From positions 310,001-374,000 of the forward strand of contig NIVC01000391.1 in assembly GCA_002269645.1 (NCBI GenBank): 64,000 bases of DNA. Direction: 5' to 3'. Made by a program: the position numbers and the translations under genes. The notes under the pieces are model-generated. The model worked only from the letters and a program-made list of their open reading frames with translations. It was not told the DNA's origin and searched no databases. Shown one piece after another: positions 25,301 to 34,939 of this stretch (position 1 is its first letter; each line of letters starts with the position of its first letter). The stretch comes from Macrostomum lignano (lineage: Eukaryota).

Positions 25301-27539
25301 ACTCACTTCCGGTCTCTCATTTCTGCTTTCAATCACTTCCGGTCTCTCATTTCTGCTTTCAATCACTTCCGGTCTCTCATTTATGGCCTCACTCACTTCC
25401 GGTTTCTTATTTCTGGCCTCACTCCCGGTTTCTTATTTCTGGCCTCACTTACTTCCGGTTTCTTATTTCTGGCCTCACTTACTTTCGGTCTCTCAGTTCT
25501 GCTTTCAATCACTTCCGGTCTCTCATTTCTGCTTTCAATCACTTCCGGTCTCTCATTTATGGCCTCACTCACTTCCGGTTTCTTATTTCTGGCCTCACTC
25601 ACTTCCGGTTTCTTATTTCTGGCCTCACTTACTTTCGGTCTCTCAGTTCTGCTTTCAATCACTTCCGGTCTCTTATTTCTGGCCTCACTCACTTCCGGTT
25701 TTCTATTTCTGGCCTCAAACATTTCTTATCTCTCATTTATTGCCTCACTCACTTCCGGTCCCTCATTTTTAGTTTTACTCACGATCTCCGTTCTCTTATT
25801 TTCGATCGGATTTGCGTCGTCCGTAATTTCGATAAAACTAAAAAGTTCCCCATCTTCTCTTCCCATTCGCAGGTGCCCGGCCAGTCTTACAACTATTCGG
25901 ACCACGAGGCGGTCCAGGCCGAGTTTGAGCTGACCCGCTCGGTCACGCAACCGGCCGTTCTGGGCCCCAACCTGGCCGCCAGGCGCGACCTGCTAACCCG
26001 CTGCCTGCCAGTTATGCAAGATGGCGTCTCCGCCGCCAAACGGGACCGGATCTACTTTGCCGGCTGCCTCCTGCTCGCTCTGGTGCTGCTGTTCTGTGCT
26101 AGGTATGCAAAGTAGCTACTATGAGTAGCTAGAGTTAGTGTCATGAATTTTCTTATATTTAAAGCATTTCGAAACTACTAAAAGTAGCTTATATAGCAAT
26201 AAAGAAAATTTTGACATTCTCCGAAATCACCGAAGACGCAAGTCCGATCAGATCAGAAATGAGAGAATGGAGATTGAGTAATGAGGGACCGGAAGTGAAT
26301 GAGGCCAGAAATGAGAAACCAGGTGAAGGGCACCAGAAATGAGAGACCGGAAGTGATTGAAAGCAGAACTGAGAGGCCGGAAGTGATTGAAAACAGAACT
26401 GAGAGACTGGAAGTGAGGCCAGAAATGAGAAACCGGAAGTGTTTGAAAGCAGAAATAGGAAACCGGAAGTGACTGAGGCCAGAAATAGGAAACCGGAAGT
26501 GAGTGAGGCCAGAAATAAGAGACCGGAAGTGATTGAAAGCAGAACTGAGAGACCGGAAGTAAGTGAGGCCAGAAATAAGAAACCGGAAGTGAGTGAGGCC
26601 AGAAATGAGAGACCGGAAGTGATTGAAAGCAGAACTGCATGAGAGACCGGAAGTGAGTGAGGCCAGAAATAAGAAACCGGAAGTGATTGAGGCCAGAAAT
26701 GAGAAACCGGAAGTGATTGAAAGCAGAACTGAGAGACCGGAAGTAAGTGAGGCCAGAAATAAGAAACCGGAAGTGAGTGAGGCCAGAAATGAGAGACCGG
26801 AAGTGATTGAAAGCAGAACTGCATGAGAGACCGGAAGTGAGTGAGGCCAGAAATAAGAAACCGGAAGTGATTGAGGCCAGAAATAAGAAACCGGAAGTGA
26901 TGAAAACAGAACTGAGAGACCGGAAGTGAGTGAGGCCAGAAATAAGAAACCGGAAGTGAGTGAGGCCAGAAATGAGAGATCGGAAGTGATTGAAAGCAGA
27001 ACTGCATGAGAGACCGGAAGTGAGTGAGGCCAGAAATAAGAAACCGGAAGTGATTGAGGCCAGAAATAAGAAACCGGAAGTGATGAAAACAGAACTGAGA
27101 GACCGGAAGTGAGTGAGGCCAGAAATAAGAAACCGGAAGTGAATGAGGCCAGAAATGAGAGACCGGAAGTGATTGAAAGCAGAAAGGAGAGACCGAAGGT
27201 AAATGTTTAATTTTAATTATAATTTTCATTTACGTTTTTACTGTAAGTAAAATATTTTTTTATTTCAACATTTTTTAATTTAGGTTTTATACTATGAGTA
27301 GATAAAAATTATTGCAGTTTTTGTTTTCTCTACTAATAGTAGCTCAAGCTTGTCATCTCTGACTTTTTCAATCCAGCAATCTTCTCGGCGCCGGCTTCCT
27401 CGGCCTGCCCATTATTGTCGCCGATTCCATCTACATTTTCTTCCTAGTCTGGACCATCATTGTGGTCAAGCAGGCCGAGATTCGAGCCATGACCAACACC
27501 CTGCACGGCATGGAGCGCCTGCTCGCCGCCGAAGACTAG
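22302..27539 (+). CDS. SMPD2: Neutral sphingomyelinase (EEP-family sphingomyelin phosphodiesterase); first exon not located
   Basis: Inferred exons 22302-22404, 22520-22596, 23686-24080, 24407-24570, 25873-26102 and 27377-27539 (TAG), all GT-AG with matching phases. Motifs: DIVFLQE|IW, IGSGCCIF, HGDWFGGKGVG, YVTHLHAQY, HRVSQAHEL, CGDLN, RLDYVLF, YSDHEAV, then two hydrophobic C-terminal segments. Confidence 0.9.
22635..23530. repeat. Intronic 34 bp minisatellite GAGATCTCGGCAGATTCCCAATGAAATCTACAGT
   Basis: Direct reading. Confidence 0.95.
24690..25835 (+). repeat. Intronic ~30 bp minisatellite (CACTTCCGGT core) with unique tail; left arm of inverted repeat
   Basis: Units such as ACTCACTTCCGGTTTCTTATTTCTGGCCTC; reverse complement of 26215-27200. 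Confidence 0.9.
26215..27200 (-). repeat. Intronic ~30 bp minisatellite (ACCGGAAGTG core); right arm of inverted repeat
   Basis: Units such as GAGGCCAGAAATAAGAAACCGGAAGTGAGT. The non-array end GAAGACGCAAGTCCGATC resembles the reverse complement of GATCGGATTTGCGTCGTC at ~25804. Confidence 0.9.
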
Positions 27540-28169
27540 GTCGAGCTCGCGCGGGCGGCAGAGTTTGAGAGAAAGTTTTTTCATATTTGGTTTTTAATTT
27601 TAGAGTTTTGATTGATTCTCATATCAATAATATGTTTATTAGCTGTGTTGTGCTGTCCTCACTGTTATGAAATATTTTGACATCTACGAGTAGTATTTCA
27701 GTAATGTTAACAAACTAATTTATGGTCTCTGGGGTCAGCGTTGTTTAAGTATGCTTATGCAGTTATTTATTGATTACATGCGCCTGTGCAATGCTGCGCA
27801 GTCTCGGTGTCCGCGTTTGATAATTACTCTTGCGTTACACAGGTGTTTGTCTCTAGTATCCTTGTTATTCCGTTGATTTAATTTTCTGCTTACATTCAGT
27901 TAAAGTTTTTATTACACATTAATTCATTGTTGTTTAATTGCACCTGGAGATAATTTATTTTAGCGCAGTACTTAACCATATTTCCTATGCTTAGCGACCG
28001 TTTCTGCTCGATGGCTGTGCCCAGCAGGCAGAGTTGAGCCAGTGTAACTGGCTTATAAATTATATAAGAGATAAGCTTTTTTGGACTTGTTCGTTGCTGC
28101 TAAATTGACTTTTGCTAACTTCTTTAAATATTGCAGTTGTTTTTCTTTGCTGAAAGGTTCCAGATCACC

Positions 28170-28815
28170 GATGGCACACTCCCAGATACCGGATGTCATC
28201 TCCCAGATCCCTGGTTTCACACTACCAGATCCTTGGTGTCACACTCCCAGATCCTTGGTGTCACACTCCCAGATTCCGTATGTCCCACTCCCAGATCCCG
28301 TATGTCATGCACACTCCCAGATCGGATGTCACACTCCCAGATCCCTGGTTTTACACTACCAGATCCCGGATGTCACACTCCCAGATCCCGGATGTCACAC
28401 TCCCAGATCCCTGGTTTCACACTCCCAGATCCTTGGTGTCACACTCCCAGATCCTTGGTGTCACACTCCCAGATCCCGTATGTCACACTCCCAGATCCCG
28501 GATGTCACACTCCCAGATCCCGGATGTCACACTCCCAGATCCTTGGTGTCACACTCCCAGATCCCGGACGTCACACTCCCAGATCCCAGATGTCACACTC
28601 CCAGATCCCGGATGTCACACTCCAAGATTCCGTATGTCACACTCCCAGATCCCGGATGTCACACTCCCAGATCCCGGATGTCACACTCCCAGATCCCGGA
28701 TGTCACACTCCCAGATCCCGGATGTCACACTCCCAGATCCCGGATGTCACACTCCCAGATCCCGGATGTCACACCACCAGATCCCGGATGTCACACTCCC
28801 AGATCCCGAGTGTCA
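28170..28815. repeat. 22 bp minisatellite GATGTCACACTCCCAGATCCCG
   Basis: Direct reading; explains the three-frame repetitive ORFs. Confidence 0.95.
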
Positions 28816-29403
28816 AACTACCAGCTTCCGGAGTTCGCAGTCCCGATTAGCGATCCCAGATCCCACAGTTGAGTTGCAAGTGTCGCTCTTCAATCCTAGC
28901 TCTTGTGTGTATATTTTATTGTTGCTTTTAATAGCGTTGAGGAGTATACTTCTTCCGAGAGAAAAGCGCTTTTATGCGCGATTCAAAAGTTAGAAACCGG
29001 AGGGTCACAGCTGGCTTGAAAGCCTGACGCACATCTCATAGAATCCGCCTTTGCCTCCGTGTCCGCCGCCGCCGCAGTCGGCCAAGAAGTCGTCCAGCCT
29101 TCGCTGGAACTCCGGCTGTTGGATGAGCCGCACCGCGGCGAACCGGGCGTCGGCGCAGAGGCCGGCCTCGCCGAGAGGCAGCGGCTGCTGCTGGCCGCCG
29201 CGGATGCTCGCCAAGTCCAGCTCGATCGACGCCTCCAGCAGCTGCAGCAGCCGGCTGACATCCGGCGGCATCAGCAGCGGCTCGTTGGCCGAGGCGGCGG
29301 CCAGGCGCCAAACAGCGACGGGCAGGCGCGACTGACGCTGCTGCCTCCGCGGCTTCGAGATGTAGCGACTAGCTGCTGGCTCCTGCTGCTGCTGCTGCTG
29401 CTG

Positions 29404-32400
29404 TTGTTGTTGTTGTTGTTTAAGCTGACAAATCCGGGGGCGGTTCTCCCGGCCACTCCACCACCACCACCGGCCGCAACCCCTGGAGCCACCTCCAGAA
29501 CTCCAACGGCCGCGCCGTGGTGTCCGTAAGGCTACTGACGCCCTCAATCCCGTACCGCCTTCTACCTCTCGCAAGCGCCAAACAGTTGCATATGTGCTCC
29601 ACCGTCTCCACCTCCTCCTCGCACGCCCTGCACGCCGCACTGCCGTCATTGCCCAGCTTGGCTCGGTAACCAGCCAGGTCCAGCGAGTGACCCGTCCGGA
29701 AACGCCTGAAGCGAACGGCCTCCTCCCTGCTGCGAAACGGTAGCTCCGGCGGCTTCCTGCCCTTAGCACCGTAGGTCGCTTTGCTCCGGTCATGCTTCCA
29801 CTCCTCCTGCCTTCGCAGCCACTGACTGAGCTCACGCGCCACCGTACTGGAGAGGACTCCAACACCGCCTTGGTCTAATTGCGTCGCCTCGCCTGCCACC
29901 TTGTCCGCCGCTTCATTCCCCCACAAGCCGCTATGTCCCGCCACCCAACCCAGCTGCACCTCAATGCCCGTCTCTCCCAGCCTCTCCAGCCTGCAACGGG
30001 CCTCCGCGGCCAGCGGGTTCTTGCCACTCCTCGCAATGGCTGCCAGCCCGCTTTGGCTGTCGCTGATCATCACAGCCGCCTGCCCGTCCCGCAACTCCTC
30101 CTCCATCCACCTCAATCCCAGCAGAATGGCCCTGAGCTCCGCCTGCGTGGATGAGCAAGATGAGCCCGCCGGCGCTCTCAGCTCGGCTAGCACCGTCCGC
30201 TTGCCCTCCCGGTCATTGTCGCTCGGAGCGCACACCACCGCTCCCGCCCCTCCTTTGCCGTTTTTCACAGACCCATCGGTGTAGATGATGCAGTCTGGCC
30301 TCCTCTGCTCCATCAGCAGTCCAATTCTTTCCAGCGCCTTCCTCTTGTCTTCCTCCGCCACTCCCTCTCTCTTCCCGAGTGCCTTCACCACTGCCTCCTG
30401 GCCTCTTCTCCACGGCTTCTCCAGCGGTCGTTCCTCCAACGGCGCTACCACCATACTCGCCCTAACAAGCAGCTCCTCCGCCTGACTCCGCCAGCCCCGC
30501 CTCGACAGTCGCTGCCTGGGTCGAGAGTCGGCCAGACGCCGTCTGCTGTCCTCCGTCTTGTGCCTGCGCCATCGATCCAGCTTCGCCGCCCAGCGCGCCT
30601 GACATATCTGACGCACGGGCACCAGTCCGCTCTCCGCTTGCAGGGCCTCGACCGGGGTAGTAGCCACCGCTCCCGTCATAATCCTCGCCGCGCACCTCTG
30701 CAAAACCTCCAGCCGCTGCCAGTCCACGTTCGCGAGCCAGGGCGTCCAGGCAGGAGCACCGTACAGTAGCCGGCTCTGCATCAAGGCCACATAGGTCTGC
30801 CTGCCCAGCTTCAGGTCCCAGCCCCAGCTGCTGCTCGACACCCGCCGAAGTAGCGCCAGCTTCTTCCTACCTTCCGCGATGACTCCGTTCAAGTGCATCT
30901 TGAACGTGAGTCGCCTGTCGTAGGTGAGGCCAAGGAACCGTGGCTCACGGCACCACGTCAGCGGTCTGCCTCCCAGGCGCACATCATGCTCTAGCGGCTC
31001 GACTTCTTGCTTTTGGGTGCTGAAGCAGGTCAGGGAACACTTGCCCGCCGAGAGAGGCAGCAGCCACCTGTCGCTCCAGCTTTCCACCTGCGCCGCCGCT
31101 TCCGCCTGGACCTCCATCAGCCGCTCCATCTTGTTGCCGCTAGTCCACGTCGCCAAATCGTCCGCGAACCCACTCAGCCGAAGGCCCTCGATCTCTTGCA
31201 GCTCTTTCAACAGGTCATTGATGAAGACGATGAAGAGCAGCGGTGATAAGACCGAGCCTTGGGGGAGCCCTTGCCTGAACACCTCGCTTCTACCGTCCAC
31301 ACCCCCAACGCAGACCTTAGCCAGCCGGTTGCACAGCCAACTACGGATCCAGCGGATAATAGTGCCACACACGCCGGCTTCCAGCAGCTTCATCATGAGC
31401 CCCACACGCCAGACCTTGTCGAAGGCGCGCTGGAAGTCAAAAAGCGCCAGCAGACACTGGTCTTTCCTCTGGAAGGCGTCGTCAACTTCCTGCGTCAGCC
31501 TGAGCAGCTGATCCTCACAGCGCCTGCCAGCCCGGAAGCCAGCCTGTGCATCGCAGAAGAAGCCATCGCGCTCCAGCTTGAATCGGATGCGGCTGGCGAT
31601 GACCCGCTCCATCCACTTGCACAACCCAGCCGTCAGGCTGACCGGTCTGTAGGATCCTAGATGTCTAGGGTCCTTCTGCGCCTTTAGCAGCGGGATGATG
31701 CGCGCCGTTCTCCAGACTTGTGGCGTCTCACCTTCCTTCAACGACCTGTTGAAAAGCCCCAGCACCGCACGCACGGCCTCGCCAGGGAGAGCCTTCAGCA
31801 GTTTGGGGTGCACACGGTCTGGCCCTGCCGCCTTGGACCCGTCGATCTCCTCCCTCGCGCGCAGCAGCTCCTCCATCGTGATCGTTTTACCATCCTCCGC
31901 CTCAGGTCCTACCTCTCTCAGTCTCTTGTTAACCACCTCGCTCAACTTTTTGTGCTCCCTCGGGATATCGACCTTGCTCACCCCCGCATACTCCTTCACA
32001 AAGGCGTTAGCCTTGCTCCGATCCGACAGGCAAACACGTCCCTGGTGTTCAAGGGCTACATCGCTACGTCCACCGCTTCTGCTGCCACCCAACCGCCTCA
32101 GCAGGTCCCACATCTTGCCATAAGACGCATGCTTCTCAACCGCCTTCTGCCACTCCTCCGATTTCTTCTCTCTGATGGTCTGCACCAACTCTTTGCTTTT
32201 GGTTCTCCAGCTGCCCTCTCCATCCTCCTCGGCGCTCGCTTCCTGCCTCTCCGCGTCCCTGGCTTCCATCTCCGCCTTGACTTCATCGTCCACCTCCACC
32301 TTCAGGTTCCTCGTGCTTCTCACCCTCGTGCCAACCTTCCTCCTCGCCGCCGAAATGATCGCCGTGCTCAGCTTTGCTTCTGCCTCGGTGAACGATCCCT

Positions 32401-32707
32401 GGTTAGGGTCAAAGTCCCGCAGACCCACGCACACCTCCTCCGCAAACCCATCCCAGTCCGCCTCTCTCCAGTTCCACGAGATGAACTTCCGGCTTTTAAC
32501 GGTCGGCGCCACCCCTCCCCGCTCCACGATGATAGGCCTGTGGTCCGATCCCAGCCCCGCGATCACTCGCCAGCTCCACTCCGCCTCTTGCACCTCGCCC
32601 ACGGCAGTGACATCCGGCGCCGAGTCGCTGCTGCCCGCCCTGCCATCCCTCGTCTTGTCTCCATTGTTCAGCACCGCCATGCGCCTATCCGCCAGCCAGT
32701 CGGCCAG
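29404..32707 (-). mobile_element. 5'-truncated non-LTR retrotransposon, I group (Ingi-like)
   Basis: The 5' end begins inside the AP endonuclease (LADWLADRRMAVLNNGDKTR...GSDHRPI). The stop codon is followed directly by a (CAA)5 tail. Both sides are flanked by (CAG)n, a putative TSD. Confidence 0.9.
29420..32680 (-). CDS. LINE polyprotein remnant: C-terminal APE, reverse transcriptase, RNase H, zinc knuckle (1086 aa open frame)
   Basis: Motifs KAAGPDRV, YRPVSL, QAGFRAGR, DFQRAFDKV, GLPQGSVLSPLLF, FADD, RFLGLTYD, IYTDGS, QAELRAI, ISDSQS, WVAGHSGLWGNEAAD and CRACEEEVETVEHICNC. Confidence 0.95.
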   Translation of the reverse strand: MAVLNNGDKTRDGRAGSSDSAPDVTAVGEVQEAEWSWRVIAGLGSDHRPIIVERGGVAPTVKSRKFISWNWREADWDGFAEEVCVGLRDFDPNQGSFTEAEAKLSTAIISAARRKVGTRVRSTRNLKVEVDDEVKAEMEARDAERQEASAEEDGEGSWRTKSKELVQTIREKKSEEWQKAVEKHASYGKMWDLLRRLGGSRSGGRSDVALEHQGRVCLSDRSKANAFVKEYAGVSKVDIPREHKKLSEVVNKRLREVGPEAEDGKTITMEELLRAREEIDGSKAAGPDRVHPKLLKALPGEAVRAVLGLFNRSLKEGETPQVWRTARIIPLLKAQKDPRHLGSYRPVSLTAGLCKWMERVIASRIRFKLERDGFFCDAQAGFRAGRRCEDQLLRLTQEVDDAFQRKDQCLLALFDFQRAFDKVWRVGLMMKLLEAGVCGTIIRWIRSWLCNRLAKVCVGGVDGRSEVFRQGLPQGSVLSPLLFIVFINDLLKELQEIEGLRLSGFADDLATWTSGNKMERLMEVQAEAAAQVESWSDRWLLPLSAGKCSLTCFSTQKQEVEPLEHDVRLGGRPLTWCREPRFLGLTYDRRLTFKMHLNGVIAEGRKKLALLRRVSSSSWGWDLKLGRQTYVALMQSRLLYGAPAWTPWLANVDWQRLEVLQRCAARIMTGAVATTPVEALQAESGLVPVRQICQARWAAKLDRWRRHKTEDSRRRLADSRPRQRLSRRGWRSQAEELLVRASMVVAPLEERPLEKPWRRGQEAVVKALGKREGVAEEDKRKALERIGLLMEQRRPDCIIYTDGSVKNGKGGAGAVVCAPSDNDREGKRTVLAELRAPAGSSCSSTQAELRAILLGLRWMEEELRDGQAAVMISDSQSGLAAIARSGKNPLAAEARCRLERLGETGIEVQLGWVAGHSGLWGNEAADKVAGEATQLDQGGVGVLSSTVARELSQWLRRQEEWKHDRSKATYGAKGRKPPELPFRSREEAVRFRRFRTGHSLDLAGYRAKLGNDGSAACRACEEEVETVEHICNCLALARGRRRYGIEGVSSLTDTTARPLEFWRWLQGLRPVVVVEWPGEPPPDLSA

Positions 32708-33963
32708 TGCTGCTGCTGCTGCTGCTCCACAACTTTTTCGGCCTCTTCATCGCTGTCGTCCTCTTCGTCGCTTTCTTCTTCTTCTTCGTCTTCTTCTTCG
32801 TCGTATTTGTCGTCGTTAAACGGCATTGGCTGTTGGGGTTTCGGTGGCGGCGGCAGAGGCGGCAGCGTCCGGTAGGAGGGCCGCGATCGCAGACTGCTGG
32901 CCGTCTCCATGCGGACGATGTGCACGTTTTGTGCCGCGTTCTGTGCAGTGCATACAGTACAGTGCGAGCTAATTTTTTGTGTGCTGTCTACTGGCGGCCT
33001 TGAAGTTGGGAATCGCCCGGCTGTTTCTATTGGACGAGAGATATTCATCACGTGACTGCTACTGAGCCAATCGTCCGGCATTAGTAATAGAAAAGACTGT
33101 GATTCCCAAGGTCACTCATTAACTGAACTGACTGTCTTCTTATCATCCGACTGCGGCTGTCAGTGTACATTTGTACACAGGATCTCACCTTTTTTATTAC
33201 ACCCCGCTCGGTTAGCCAGTGAATGTACATTGGAAACTTTCCCGGCCAATTAATGTACGGTATTTCGAGATGTAAAGTTTACAATCACTTATTGGAATGT
33301 AGGCCAAATCCTGGAGTCTAATCCTCTATTGCAATATATGTACTAAGGTACATGGCGAGCATTACAACTCACCAGACGCATCTGGCGTCTCAGCTCGATG
33401 TACTCTGCCAGGGACATCTTTTCCGTGTCGTAGTCCATGTTAGTTGTCTCCTCGATTACTCTGTGCACGCTGTAAGGACTCCGCCTGAGCGTTGGCCGTC
33501 TGGGAAGCATGCTAGGCTGACTTCAAAGTGCTGCTTTGGAATGCGGTACTTTTGATTTGATAGGCTGCCGTCTGCAGAAGGTAAATTCGGCAATGATGAC
33601 TCGAGCCTCGAGTCCCGTCGCTAGGAGACGCTGCTGCTCCTATTTATTCAGCGAAAATGAGTCCCTTTGTCTCGTTCCAATGCTCCGAAATCAGCCAGTG
33701 GAAGATGAGCAGCCAAAGGTAGAAAATAAGCTGCGTTTGCCTATCTGTGCACTGAAATCGCTAAATGCACATGGCTCACTGCAGCGCAGCTCCATATTTC
33801 CATTGTCTCCCCTCTGCCGGTATTCAATCGGCTGATCAACTCAGGGAGCGGCAATTATCGGCAAGCCATGTCTACCCAGACGCTCTGTTCTGCATTGTAT
33901 TAGCTTTTCAGAAAGACACCCGCGGAGCTGGCGAATATGGTATCTTTAATAGGCTGGGCTACA

Positions 33964-34510
33964 CAGGTAAGGTGACTGGGGGACAGGTAGGGTGACTGGG
34001 GGATAGGTAGGGTGACTGGGGGATAGGTAGGGTGACTGGGGGATAGGTAGGGTGACTAGAAGACAGGTAAGGTGACTGAGGGACAGGTCGGGTGACTAGA
34101 AGACAGGTAAGGTGACTGAGGGACAGGTAGGGTGACTAGAAGACAGCTAAGGTGACTGAGGGACAGGTCGGGTGACTGGGGGGGGGACACGTAGAGTGAC
34201 TGGGGGACAGGTAAGGTGACTGAGGGACAGGTAGGGTGACTAGAAGACAGGTAAGGTGACTGAGGGACAGGTCGGGTGACTAGAAGACAGGTAAGGTGAC
34301 TGGGGGACAGGTAGGGTGACTAGAAGACAGGTAAGGTGACTGAGGGACAGGTCGAGTGACTAGAAGACAGGTAAGGTGACTGGGGGACAGGTAGGGTGAC
34401 TAGAAGACAGGTAAGGTGACTGAGGGACAGGTCGGGTGACGGGGGACACGTAGAGTGACTGGAGGACAGGTAGATCGTAACTGGGGGGACAGGTAGGTGA
34501 CTGATCGACA
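33964..34510. repeat. ~20 bp minisatellite GACAGGTAGGGTGACT(GGG/AGAA)
   Basis: Direct reading. Confidence 0.9.
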
Positions 34511-34769
34511 GGTAGAGCGGCTGATTACAAAACTGGTGAACTACATGCAGAGGGTGTACCTGAGTATTTTTCAAGGCAGTCGCATGAAGGAATATATGTT
34601 TTGAATTTTCATAACCAGAAATAAAAAAACCAAAAAGCCTCACAGCACTACTCACATACGCTCGTAGCAACAAAGTGAAATATCAAGGGATTTTCTTTTT
34701 GTTCAATTTCGTTGCATACTTCTCTGTTGCTTGTTCTTTTGGAGACACGAAACGAAAATGAAAACGCGA

Positions 34770-34939
34770 GTCAGTCCAGTAAAAGTACAGGTGCAAGGCC
34801 CAGTTCCCAGTCAGTCAGTCCAGTAAAAGTACAGGTGGAAGGCCCAGTGCCCAGTCAGTCAGTCCAGTAAAAGTACAGGTAGAAGGCCCAGTGCCCAGTC
34901 AGTCAGTCCAGTAAAAGTACAGGTAGAAGGCCCAGTACC
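34770..34939. repeat. Four tandem 44 bp copies of the channel gene's terminal codons and stop
   Basis: Unit CCAGTCAGTCAGTCCAGTAAAAGTACAGGTAGAAGGCCCAGTGC is the reverse complement of ...WAFYLYFYWTD*. Confidence 0.9.

Larger units (their letters stand above)
29005..32910 (-). pseudogene. Unrecognised ~195 aa acidic/polyQ ORF split by the LINE insertion
   Basis: 5' part 32910-32708 (METASSLRSRPSY...DEEAEKVVEQQQQQ) and 3' part 29403-29005 (QQQQQQQEPAASRYISK...RLSSQL*) join in frame once the LINE is removed. Both parts are GC-rich and look like coding sequence. Confidence 0.55.

Noticed and set aside
31718-32875. 385 aa plus-strand ORF and other ORFs overlapping the LINE
   Set aside because: Antisense shadows of a GC-rich coding frame with no recognisable motifs.
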